The notes under the pieces were generated by a model. It was given only the letters and a program-made list of their open reading frames with translations, was not told the DNA's origin and did not search any database. Below are positions 12,348 to 23,288 of a DNA stretch of 64,000 bases, in pieces. The stretch covers positions 1,054,001 to 1,118,000 of the forward strand of contig OZ210885.1 in the NCBI GenBank assembly GCA_964658305.1. Direction: 5' to 3'. The stretch is from Leptogorgia sarmentosa (Eukaryota). Position numbers and translations under genes: made by a program. How positions within the stretch are numbered: the first letter of the stretch is position 1; every line of letters begins with the position of its first letter.

Positions 12348-15120
12348 AAACAGTTTTGAATGCAGGTAAAGATTTCTTCTTTCCAAACGGAGTAAACAAG
12401 CACAAAAGTATCTCTTTGGAAGAAATCGACCTCTTCCTTGGCAATTATTCAGGAAACTGTGTTGAATTAATTGACGGTGTTGAATTTAGCGTCGAGAGAT
12501 ATCGAAAAAACGCATCCGTTTCTAAGGGGAACGTTCCTAGGGTATACGTCATGAGTTCAACTAGAAAGACGACAGACGAACATGAAACAGAAAGTGAGGC
12601 TGAAATTGGGATGAACCGTGAACATGCTAAAGAAATACTAGACGATTTTGTAGAGCAAGCATGTGCTGAGTTTGGTGATGACCTCATGCAAGAAGTATTT
12701 GAATGGCCACCTATATCACAATGTGAAGAAGGAACATCAAGCACAACATTGAAGGCTGAGAGAGATCTCAAAAAGCAACAGGATGAGGAATATAGACTTG
12801 CCTTAGAAGAGGATCAGCGAAAGGAGAAGGAACAAAACATGGAAAAGGAAGCTGCCAGAGAAAAAGAAGCTTTGAGAGAAGAACGGAAAACCAGAGTTCC
12901 AAATGAACCACAGATTGACGAAGATCACATCGTTGTATGTGTGAGACATCCAGATCTCGGCACTATCACTAGAGCGTTCCCTCCTAATTGCCAGATGGAT
13001 GCAGTATATAACTGGACTGGCTCGCTTCAAACTGACCCGCAGCATTTTGCTCTTTTTTTTATGGCGGGGACGCAAATGAAAACTTTGGTGTATCCAAATG
13101 AAAGTATTACTCCTCAAACCATGCTGTACATGGAAGAAATTGATGATGCATTACCCCTTGAACCACCAATCCAACATCCGCTACCAATTGCAACAGCGAA
13201 CAACTACCTCGATATGAACCACGAGGTAAAAGTTTAACCTTTTAACTGCAGTTTAAAAATTCGAAATAGGAAAATCCATCACAACTGCTTAAACGAATCT
13301 GTAATAAAGGCATATACAGTAAAAGCACATTGATTGCACATACGCATAGAATGTGAAGTTAAGATCTTGAAAATATTTTTTTTCGTTTAATTTTAAATGA
13401 AGGAGCACATATACCAAGCAATGATATTCGACGATGAAAATGACATAATAAATTGGCAAGGACAACTTTCACCAGACAACCGTCTGAATCCATTAGTGGA
13501 CATAAACGAACACCCTCACCGGGAGGTAAAGATTTTCAGTTTTCAGAAAGTAAATTTTGGAAGCCACGTGAACCTAATGACTTACTTAGGATGCTTTGCC
13601 GCAAAAAAATATTAGAAAATATAGCATCAGAATAACTGGTTAATGTATGAACCGTTAATCTTGCATATTTTGATTTAGAATGTTGGAGAGTTTAATCATG
13701 GAAACATACCACAAAATCCGCGAAATAATCTTGTCATGCTGACGGTCCATAGGACAACAGTGCTTGCCGACGTCATAAGTCAACTTGCACAAAATAAAGA
13801 AGTTTTGAATGATCCAGCAGTAGAATTGGCATTCACAGTAATAAATAGCAGAGGAAAGATAGAAGTAGGAGCTGGAGTTGGTGTTTGCCGTGATGTGATC
13901 GCTATGTTCTGGAAGAGGTTTCTTGATTCCTTAACAGTTGGTACGAAAGTGCGAATTCCCACAATCAGACACGGTTATGAAGCTAAAGAATGGGATGCCA
14001 TTGCATTATTCCTGCTGAAAGGGTTTACGCAATGTGGTTACTTTCCACTTGCGCTCTCACGAGTTTATGTTAAATTAGTTCTTAGCGGAGAAGAATTCAT
14101 CACTGATGAAGAATTGCTCAACGAACTGCTACGTTTTGTTGCCAAGGATGAATCAGATGTTATAAGCGAATGTTTGTCTGGGAACCTTGAGTGCGACAGC
14201 GAAGAAATACTAGATGTTCTTTCTGCTTATGATGTCAGGCAAGTTCCCAATGTGAACAATGTGCGACAGGTTTTTACGAAACTTGCCCACAAAGAGATCG
14301 TGCAGAGGCCTAACTATATCACTGAGAGATGGAGTGTCATTCTGCAACCTGCAAGAGGTAGACTTCTTAAAGATTTGGACAGCTTATACGAGAAGTTGGA
14401 GCCAACGACGAAGAAAGTTGTAAAACTATTGAAGTGCGAACCAGCAAATGATGCTGAACGTCTTGTATTTGGCTATCTGAAAAAATTCGTGAAAGGACTA
14501 GAGAGCAGCCTACTCAAACGTTTCTTGACCTTCACAACTGGCTCTGATTTGATGGTATGCGATTATCTGACTGTCAATTTCACCAAAGTCGACGGTCTTT
14601 CAAGACGACCCATAGCCCATACATGCGGTCCTTGCCTGGAACTGCCGATTAGTTATCAGTCATTTCCAGAGTTGCGTGAGGAATTCTCGGCTATTTTAGC
14701 CCTTAGCACTTGGGAGATGGATATTGTTTAATTCGGATTGAAACTTTGTAAGATAGCCCCAACATCATTTCACTGAATTGTGTTTCTGTTGCATGTATGC
14801 CAAACCAGTTTTCGTGATGAAGTCATGAAGATCATGTAAGGGTGAACGGTGAACTGTTCTACATTAGATTAGTTTGACATTTAAACTTGAGTTGATACAT
14901 ATTAATATTAAGAACAGAATTTGTGTTCCGTGAACATGCTTGGCATGCATGTCCAAAAGTTGTAATGTTAGTTGGTCAATGGCCAGTAGAGGATTGTATT
15001 CTGGCGATGAGTAAAGCTTATAATGGGTGATTTATAGCATCTCGAATTAATGTAAACCTTATCGCTTATTCAATGTTGGTTAATTTCATTTGGTTGCATT
15101 TTTTTAAAATTTGACGTTAA

Positions 15121-16327
15121 TTACTGCTCTGCAACCAGCTCTGTACACGTTGTTACAAGGTTACCATAAAGTTCTAATGCTTCATCGTTTGTAGTCGGCA
15201 TTTGCCAATTATTTTCTCTCAACAACAGGCAAAATACCTCTGCAAACACTGTGTCACAACCAAATGGTAGTTTCCCACGTGTAAGTGAAGAAGCCATTCC
15301 AATAAGATCGGAGTCAAATTTTATTTTGTAATTTTCTGCCTGCTGAAGATCTGGTAAGTAGTAAAGAACGTCCGGTTTACCAGGCGGGCACTCCTGATGC
15401 CTTGTTGCCCGAATTTTATGGGCATTCCACCGAATTCTGATTGAGTCTAACTCTTTTTGAATTAAGGCCATAAAACAGAATTGTAAGCACGCCTTTTGTA
15501 CTGGTTCTGTATCATTATACACACCGCTATCCCTCAAGTCTTTGAAATAATTTATCCACCAGTTAGCTCCACCATACCGTCTCAGAAATGACCACCAGGA
15601 TTCTATCCTTTGGTTTGATGTTGAGCGAACATACTTAAAACTATCGTGTGCTTCTTCATTAGCGAACACTGACCAGTGGAGCCATCGCTGAATCGCTGCG
15701 ACAAGTACGTTTTCAGTACCTCTGTCGGCTCGAATTCCTTTGTATCCCATCTACTGCTGTTATAGTTTTGATATAGTAGCTTGCGATAAGCTTTGGATCA
15801 TGGTTGCTGTCAGCAACTTCCAACCACATAACTTTCCGAGAATAGCCGTCAATACAGCCATGAATGTAAAAGCCAAACGGACGGAGTTTATCGTACCCAT
15901 CAATGTGCCATTGATAATTGGGACCTTTGGAAACATAAACCCGGCGATGCAATGTTCGTCTTGACCGTTCCTCTACGCCCTGGGGGTCAAGCTGTTTCAT
16001 GCATATTCGGACGGTCTCTTGATCTACTTGCGTATTGTACTCACTGCGAAGTTTCTGGTGCATGGCTCGATAACCCATACTTGAGCCACTTTTTCTTAGT
16101 TCTTCATCTATGCAGTGAACGACATTTTCCACGTCCAAACGTAAATTTTTACGTTTCAAATCGAGTCTTTTCAAAATTCTCTTCAAATGAGAAACACTTA
16201 TCGTGAAATTATGGCGCTCGTTTAAAAGGAGACATATTTCTGCGTAGGTAAAGCCAGAATAGAAATATCTCCGAATTAGGTCTTCTCGGCTATCATTTCG
16301 GTCAAAAAAATCGTTAACTGCTGCCAT
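15121..16327 (-). pseudogene. IS3/integrase-like DDE transposase with one frameshift near 15742
   Basis: Helical N-terminus, GYRAMHQKL, WHIDGYDKL...IHGCIDGYSRK, RADRGTEN, NQRIESWW; frames join as VDGI[P]KGIRAD if 2 nt are restored. Confidence 0.9.
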
Positions 16328-16412
16328 TCACGTATACTTTTGCTTGCTTCCTGGTAGCTGCCTGCAACGGTGGTGTTAAAATTTATTACAGCCGTGTGTT
16401 CTTTCTTTTTAA

Positions 16413-16695
16413 ATCGGATCTCGGATTTTTACAACTCGGATCTCGGACTTTTTAAACTCGGATTTCGGATCTCGGATTTTTACAACTCGGATCTCGGACT
16501 TTTTAAACTCGGATTTCGGATTTTTACAACTCGGATCTCGGACTTTTTAAACTCGGATTTCGGATCTCGGATTTTTACAACTCGGATCTCGGACTTTTTA
16601 AACTCGGATTTCGGATCTCGGATTTTTACAACTCGGATCTCGGACTTTTTAAACTCGGATTTCGGATTTCGGACTTTTACAACTCGGAACTCGGA
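16413..16695. repeat. Right subterminal 51-bp tandem array (~5.5 copies)
   Basis: tcggatctcggatttttacaactcggatctcggactttttaaactcggatt repeated; explains ORF 16370-16717. Confidence 0.95.
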
Positions 16696-17410
16696 TGATA
16701 CTTATACGCTTCCGTAAAAATCGCTTAAATACAAACTCACGTTATTTTTACTCAAAAAAAAGATCGACTCGGTACGACGGTACGGATATAAGGTTATTGA
16801 TCGGGACGGAGGAATTGGAGGATTTGATAATTTGAGAGGAGACTGGGGCGAGTCAGTCATTTATCAATATGGCGGCTAGGAGTAGGACTTGCTGTAAGTA
16901 TGCTTTTTAATCCATATCAATTTTCATTCTCTTTTTAAAAAATGCGACTAATTGGTATCACAAAACTTTGTCAGTATATCTAGCGTCAGGTTTTACAGAA
17001 TATATAATATATATAATATATTTATCGAATTCATTAATAATTCATGAAGAAAATTCAAAAGAAATGAATATTTAATGCATATCTGTAAATCGGTAAGAGA
17101 TTCGTCCTGATTTACATAAACTTTCCGTTCGATTTTCTCGGTTAAAACAGCTTATATCTTTAAGATTGTTGATAAAACTGAACAGTTAGATGTGTGAATT
17201 CGATAAGTCAGATAAAACATTCGCAGTCGATCTTTATCTGATATACAAATGTTTCTATTGTCACGACTCACGATAAACTGAAATGTCGCATCTGTTTCTG
17301 GATCAGTACTGACAGTACATCACACATAAGAAGTAAGAACGACACTTTTCTGTTTAAATAGAGAGTGATTCAGAATTCCAGATGATAGATAAGAGCAGCG
17401 TTGTGCGACA

Positions 17411-20104
17411 ATGAAGAGAAAGTATCCAAGCGGTTATTCCAAAAAGAAGCAAAAAGAAATTCGATTCCAGAATGAAGCAAAAGGAAGACGAACATTGGAA
17501 GAATTTAATTGGGGAAAACCGAAAACGTCTGCTGAAAACTTAGTACCAGAAATACAGGATGTTCTAAATGACAAAGGAAAGCCTTGTGAAGTAAATAAAT
17601 TGCCTATGCAGGAGGAGAACGTGAATCATCCAAGGCCAAGCGAGGGTGAACTTAGCCCAACTAGTAGTACTGAGAATAGTCCAACCAACGTTGAGAGATT
17701 AGAAGAATCGACAATGACTGCAGCTGATCTGCAATTAGTGCAATATCACGAACAATCTTCCATTGAGCCATCAAGATCCTCATCATATGAATCATCAGAT
17801 GTAGAAAAATCTGTAACTGTGACTGTTGATGAGAGTCATGACACTATTGAATCTGCCTCAGCTACAGTCAGTAATGATGTCGCGACGTGGAAAAAGCTCT
17901 CTAATAAAGAGAGGGACGCCCTAGCTGTTATGGCACCTCAACCAATCCCTAAGGACTTACCAAAGGACACCAAGAACAGATCTTTTCCGATGAGTATATT
18001 TTCTAAGAGAATGCCCAATGGCGAAACAGTTAAGAGGGACTGGTTGGTATGGAGCGAAACAGGGAAATGTCTTTACTGCTTCTGCTGTTGCCTTTTCAGC
18101 ACTAAACCACCCTCTTCGGCATTTTCTGAATTCAGTCATCCTCAATTAGGTTGTAAAGACAACTGGCGAAAACTGTACGAGAAAACACAGACACATGAAA
18201 GAAGTCAAATGCATATCTCCAACTACATGATATGGAGAGATTTTCTCGTGTCCGCGGAGAATAAGCGTGGAATTGACGCTCTTCAACAACAAGCGTTGAG
18301 TGCAGAGAAGGAGAGATGGCGGCAAATTCTGAGATGTCTGCTTGAGGTGACGCTGTTTTTGGCTGAGAGAAATATTCCACTCAGAGGCTCCAGTTCTACT
18401 GTGGGGGATTTGGACAACGGTTTGTTTCTTGGAACTCTAGAGCTCGTCAGTTCTTACAATCCAACCATCAAAGAGCATTTGGACACAGTTAAAAAATATC
18501 AAGAAAGGGGAGAGCGCATGCAAGCCCATTATTTGTCATGGCAAAGTCAAAATGAGTTCCTAAGTCTCTGTGCAAAGAAGATTATGAATAAGATTATATC
18601 TGAAATAGAACAGTCCTACTATTATGGTCTGATAGTGGACGGAACACCAGATGTTTCACATACAGAGCAACTCACCTTTGTTTTACGATATGCTGTTCTC
18701 AAGAACGGCAATTGGGAAGTGGTGGAGAGATTTCTAACGATCAAAGATTTTGAGAAGAAGAAAGGAGAAGACATCTGTCAGGTTATATTCAGCATCCTTA
18801 AAGAACACAAGATCAACATTGACAGGTGTAGAGGGCAGGGTTATGATAATGCCTCTAATATGTCAAGATGCTACAAGGGAGTGCAAGCTTTGTTTTTGGA
18901 AAAAAATCCCCAAGCCTTTTATGCTCCATGCAGTGCCCACAGTTTGAACTTGTGTGGTGTGCATGCAGTTGAGGTGGCACCAGAAATCAAGCTCTTTTTT
19001 GGCAATGTCCAAAAGCTGTATAATCTATTTTCTGCAAGTCCAGCTCGTTGGAAGATTCTAAAAGATACTACGGGAGTTTCATTGCACAGCCTGTCAAAAA
19101 CCAGATGGAGTGCAAGAATTGACGCAGTTAGACCACTGGTGAAGAATCACAAGAAGATGCTGGAGGCCCTTTCAAAATTGCAAACTGAGCTTGATTTAAC
19201 AGCTGAAGCTTATAGTGATTCTGAATGTCTGCTGATGTGGATGAATTCATTTGAATACATTCTCATGGCGACCTTTTGGTTCAAGACACTTCAGTGCATC
19301 GACGATGTCAACAAGATACTGCAGTTTGCAGATATTTCTATCGCTGAAGAGGCCAAGTATCTTGGATCCTTGCACCAAGATGTCCAGACCCTTCGAGATT
19401 CGTGGGAAAATCTGCTCGAAGAGGCAAAGCTTGTTTCATCTACACTGGACCAGACGACAACATTGCAAGAGAAACGTTCCAGAAAGACAACGAGGAGAAA
19501 TCTAAATGAAGCAGAAGAGCATGTTCATTCCACTCAAGAAGAAGCGTTTAAAGTTAACGTTTTCTACAAAGCATTAGATACTCTTTTGCTACAGCTTTCG
19601 GAAAGATTTAAAGCTGTTGAGGAACTTGCAGATATGTTTGAGTTCATTGTCAACCCTCCTGTGAATCCATCCAATGAAATTGTCAAGGAGCAAGCCAAAC
19701 GACTTGCTGAGAGCTATCCCAATGATGTCATCGAAGAAGACCTGGAGGAGGAGCTTCGTCATTATGCCAAATTTTTTCAAGATCTTGGTGTTAAAGCAGT
19801 AGCTAAGAAAAACAAAGCTATAGCTTTGTTGAATTACATATTTGAGAAGAAGATCGAGTCCTTATATCCACAGATTTGCATTTGCCTTCGGATTTTTTTG
19901 TCTATCCCTGTATCAGTAGCATCAGGAGAACGTTCGTTCAGCAAACTTGCTTTGATAAAATCCAGACTGCGATCAACAATGACACAAGAAAGGATCGCAA
20001 ATCTTATGGTACTGTCCATAGAGCATCGTTTGGCAAGATGTCTTAACTTTGAAGATTTAATTGACAGTTTTGCGGCTGAAAAAGCCAGAAAAAAGATTTT
20101 CTAG
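17411..20104 (+). CDS. hAT transposase (ZMYM1-like/DUF4371 type), intact 897 aa
   Basis: TTF-type Zn finger RDWLVWS...LYCFCC; IVDGTPDVSHTEQL; GQGYDNASNM; CSAHSLNL; TRWS; SGERSFSKL...RSTMTQER. Confidence 0.95.
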   Translation: MKRKYPSGYSKKKQKEIRFQNEAKGRRTLEEFNWGKPKTSAENLVPEIQDVLNDKGKPCEVNKLPMQEENVNHPRPSEGELSPTSSTENSPTNVERLEESTMTAADLQLVQYHEQSSIEPSRSSSYESSDVEKSVTVTVDESHDTIESASATVSNDVATWKKLSNKERDALAVMAPQPIPKDLPKDTKNRSFPMSIFSKRMPNGETVKRDWLVWSETGKCLYCFCCCLFSTKPPSSAFSEFSHPQLGCKDNWRKLYEKTQTHERSQMHISNYMIWRDFLVSAENKRGIDALQQQALSAEKERWRQILRCLLEVTLFLAERNIPLRGSSSTVGDLDNGLFLGTLELVSSYNPTIKEHLDTVKKYQERGERMQAHYLSWQSQNEFLSLCAKKIMNKIISEIEQSYYYGLIVDGTPDVSHTEQLTFVLRYAVLKNGNWEVVERFLTIKDFEKKKGEDICQVIFSILKEHKINIDRCRGQGYDNASNMSRCYKGVQALFLEKNPQAFYAPCSAHSLNLCGVHAVEVAPEIKLFFGNVQKLYNLFSASPARWKILKDTTGVSLHSLSKTRWSARIDAVRPLVKNHKKMLEALSKLQTELDLTAEAYSDSECLLMWMNSFEYILMATFWFKTLQCIDDVNKILQFADISIAEEAKYLGSLHQDVQTLRDSWENLLEEAKLVSSTLDQTTTLQEKRSRKTTRRNLNEAEEHVHSTQEEAFKVNVFYKALDTLLLQLSERFKAVEELADMFEFIVNPPVNPSNEIVKEQAKRLAESYPNDVIEEDLEEELRHYAKFFQDLGVKAVAKKNKAIALLNYIFEKKIESLYPQICICLRIFLSIPVSVASGERSFSKLALIKSRLRSTMTQERIANLMVLSIEHRLARCLNFEDLIDSFAAEKARKKIF

Positions 20105-20165
20105 ATTCTGGACAATAAAGATCTTAAAATATTGATGTAGTTCAAAATATTGATGTAGTTTTCGC

Positions 20166-20216
20166 AAGCTCTGACTCTGATGAAGTCCTGTGTTAAACAG
20201 GACGAAAGCTTAGCTA
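20166..20216 (+). ncRNA. Minimal hammerhead-ribozyme-like motif downstream of the hAT transposase stop
   Basis: CTGATGA-A-GTCCTG-tgttaaa-CAGGAC-GAAA-GCTT; stem I weak or absent. Confidence 0.45.
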
Positions 20217-21699
20217 TAATAAAGCAATTATAAATTATACATGGTTGTATCCGCAAACTTTCATACTTTATGAACTATATCAATAAAGATTTTACTGCCA
20301 TGACGTCATCACTATGACGTCATCAGGGGCCCCAATCAATTTTTGCCCCGGGCCCCACAAAACCTCTCGGCGGCCCTGACTGCTTATGCTAAATAAACTA
20401 CAACAATAAATATATTTGATAAAGTTTGATGAATATATCGAAAATTATATAGAATGATTTTCGTGATTGCAATTATACCATGATCGGGGACGCTCGTTTT
20501 ATCTATTTCAAAAGACTGCTAGGAAAGGAAAAGAGCTGCATGCATGAAATATTGTTTTTTTTCTTTGCAAATACCAAATAGACATGATAAAATGTTTTAA
20601 ACATATGATTTAAGTTGTTTGTTCAATGTCATAGTGAGACAATAGTTTCTAAGTACTAATTAATGCCGCGTCAAATTTGCAAATATTTGATTGAAATTTA
20701 GAGCGCATCGGTTTGAGTCCCCAAAAAAGAATTTTCATGGAATTTTAGATCAATATTGGTAGTTTAATTTTAAGTTTAGTCTAGGTGTATAACTGGTTGC
20801 ACTTCTGAAAAAAACAAAGTTGAATAATGGTTATTTTTGAGATTTTGTCAGCATGGCGGAATTGCCGTTAGAAAAAATGAAAAAAATATTTAAATTTCTA
20901 TAACATATACAACTCATTGCCCTCAAATTTTTGCAGAGATATAATTCTTTCACATAAACCCAAAATATGAATCAAATTATGTTGTACGCATATCTGGAGT
21001 TTCTTTGAAAATGGATAATTTTACGTCTGAAACAGTCTAAAAATAGCCATAGTAGACACAAAGTAGAAAATATAGCAAAAAATGAAAAATAATATAAGAA
21101 TCCCAAATCTGAATACATATTTATTACCCACCAATAATGGCTAATAAATGAGAGAAATATGAAGGAAAATAATTTTCAGTAGTGAAGTTAGTACGTGAAT
21201 GTTAGGGAGACAGCCTCTTAAGTTACCTGAGAACTTTATTAAAACAAGATGCATGGAAGTTACAGATTTAAAGCTACACATAACACATTGTCAAAAAACG
21301 TCTAGTTAACAACTTTTTTTTCTGGACTGAAATGATGGGTACCGGGTTCTGGCTTTTTCTAATATTTCAGTAAAACTGGAGGAACGCATTTACTAATCTT
21401 TGATTATTATAAATACATGCGTGTATGTCCTGTCCTGTCCTGTCTTCTTCGCGGCCTAGGTGGCATGAGATTTCGGCAGTTTTCCTGCGTGTATAATACG
21501 AAATTAAACTGCGTGTACAGTGAATTTCTTTAATAAATGGCGGATCTTTAGAGCGCATGAACGGATGAACCGATTGAAGATTCTTAATAGTCAACCAGTT
21601 GATAATTATATAAGGTTTACAAATTAGGATATTGAGAACCTGTTATAGTATTTATAAATTTAAATGGAACGACACGGAGACAAAGAATCCATTTTGCTC

Positions 21700-22711
21700 A
21701 CACCGAACGCTGAAATATTTTATCATCTAATGCATTTGTTTGACACTTAAAGACAAAGTCTCCGCGGGAAGACAGATGGAGGCAGCACAATATCAGTGAC
21801 GTTCAAATTTCCTGTTTTTACTTACTTTAGTGAGGCGGGCGAGGTGTTACTGCATCTGTATTTCTATAGCTATAGCTAGTTCTAATTTTGCGGGTGTTAT
21901 GGCAGAAGTTCATCAAGTTTATATTGTTACGCAGCCGTAATTTACCCTAACTGGGTTTCTATTGAAGATTCTATGCATGTGGCAAGACGTATTTTTTATG
22001 TGTTATTTCTATACTTGAAACTAAATAATAATTTTATTGTGTTGCCCATTTCTGCATGTTCGTTGTATTGTGCTGTTTATTTCAATACTAATGTTCTTTT
22101 TGATCATAGGCGTACGGGCACATTTTTTTTGGGGGGGCTGGGCTGAATTTGCCCGAATTACATATGACGTCATAGATTTTGTGACGTCATCATAATATTA
22201 TATAATCTGAGAATACTATAAATGAAAAGCTTTCCTTTGAAGATTGATATAAAAAGAAATATGTCGTCCCTAGCCATTTCAATTATAAGCTAAATATACT
22301 CATTACGATTTACAGAGAAAGAGAAAGTTACTAGCGTAACAACATTTTATCTAATCACCAGACCGTCGCTGCCCGAATGACAAGACAATTTTTGCCCGAA
22401 TAGATGAATTCTCAAAAAATTTGGGGGGGCTGCAGCCCCCCCAGCCCCACCCCCTCGTACGCCTATGTTTTTGATCAATCAAATGTTATTAAACAAAACG
22501 TGACTGGGAAGAGACTTAGCTATCTTCTTAATTTGAACATAGGCTTTGTACCTAGTAATAAAAGAATTCACCGAACGCTGAAATATTTAATTTTATCATC
22601 TAATGCATTTGTTTGACACTTAAAGACAAAGTCTCCGCGGGACTTGAAGACAGATGGAGTTAATGGATAGCGGCAGCACAATATCAGTGACGTTCAAATT
22701 TCCTGTTTTTA
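21700..22711 (+). repeat. Local direct duplication, ~120 bp (about 21700-21820 and 22569-22711)
   Basis: caccgaacgctgaaatattt...atcatctaatgcatttgtttgacacttaaagacaaagtctccgcggga...ggcagcacaatatcagtgacgttcaaatttcctgttttta occurs twice. Confidence 0.85.
22105..22467. mobile_element. hAT-type MITE
   Basis: TIR CATAGGCGTACG; 8-bp TSD TTTTTGAT (22097-22104, 22468-22475). Confidence 0.9.
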
Positions 22712-23206
22712 GTAAAATCGTGCAGTTCTGTTATTTCTAAAATAATAGCCTACTGATTTCCAAATTGCAAATGCAGAACCTGAGACTTCAGAGATGATTT
22801 TAAAACCAATTAATGTCTGGCTGTGGAAGAAATTATTCGGATTATTTTTAAATATAACCTATAGAATAATTGTCGGAACATAAGATATATCCCGTTTATC
22901 AGTTAAGATGATTGAAAAGATTGATTAATTGATTGAAGTACCGCCAAACAGTTCAAAGACGGATCAATCAAACAGTGAGATGTTGAATATCTATCGAAGC
23001 AAAACTCACATGACGTATGTTCAAGAAGCTTCTAAAAGAAAGGAGAGAGATAAAACCACAGTGTAACTTTCCGAGGACGAAATACGCATACAGCATTGCA
23101 GTTGATGAGTGATTGGTTGGGATTGTAAACTATTGCCAGGTAAACTGCGATTCTCATCATATAGAGTGTATACATATTACTACATCTATACTATATATTA
23201 TTATAT

Positions 23207-23208
<2 letters not shown>

Positions 23209-23284
<76 letters not shown>
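23209..23284. repeat. (TA)n microsatellite
   Basis: Uninterrupted TA run of ~75 bp. Confidence 0.98.

Positions 23285-23288
<4 letters not shown>

Larger units (their letters stand above)
6852..14731 (+). pseudogene. Transposon-borne SAM / coiled-coil / UBX-like / HECT E3 ubiquitin ligase (~823 aa reconstructed), disrupted by CRE insertion
   Basis: Exons 6852-6881, 8459-8524, 8650-8984+12361-13225, 13403-13525, 13679-14731, all GT-AG and in frame; SAM-like IDVASISNLTEKDFDDLGVTIGDRRAL; LKKQQDEEYRLALEEDQRKE then UBX-like EP...VCVRHP..GTITRAF....MDAVYNW; HECT C-lobe FLTFTTGS...PIAHTCGPCLELP. Confidence 0.85.
6669..16716. mobile_element. IS3EU-like DNA transposon with two convergent genes
   Basis: TIR TACGGAAGCGTATAAGTATCATCCGAGTTCCGAGTTGTAAAA; 6-bp TSD AAAATC (6663-6668, 16717-16722); IS3/integrase-type DDE ORF inside. 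Confidence 0.9.
6357..20378 (+). mobile_element. hAT DNA transposon, ~3.97 kb native, 14.0 kb with nested inserts
   Basis: Perfect 16-bp TIR CAGGGCCGCCGAGAGG; 8-bp TSD ACTGCTTA (6349-6356, 20379-20386); the opposite TIR of the host element (~3090) shows the empty site. Confidence 0.97.
2259..21217. mobile_element. Non-autonomous long-TIR DNA transposon (Sola3-like) hosting nest 1
   Basis: GAGG...CCTC termini flanked by TTAA (2255-2258, 21218-21221); ~930-bp TIR: left 2259-3187, right split into 6259-6356 and 20387-21217 by the hAT; no transposase of its own seen. Confidence 0.85.

Noticed and set aside
9337..13117. Antisense ORFs overlapping the CRE and HECT genes
   Set aside because: Shadows of the real coding strands with no motifs of their own
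15713..15750. Programmed frameshift as in bacterial IS3 orfA/orfB
   Set aside because: The shift lies between the first two catalytic Asp residues, is +1/-2 rather than -1, has no clear slippery heptamer and is repaired by restoring 2 nt; decay or sequencing error is simpler
16370..16717. 115-aa repetitive ORF, or CRISPR-like array
   Set aside because: It is the 51-bp subterminal tandem repeat; no unique spacers and no cas genes in a eukaryotic context
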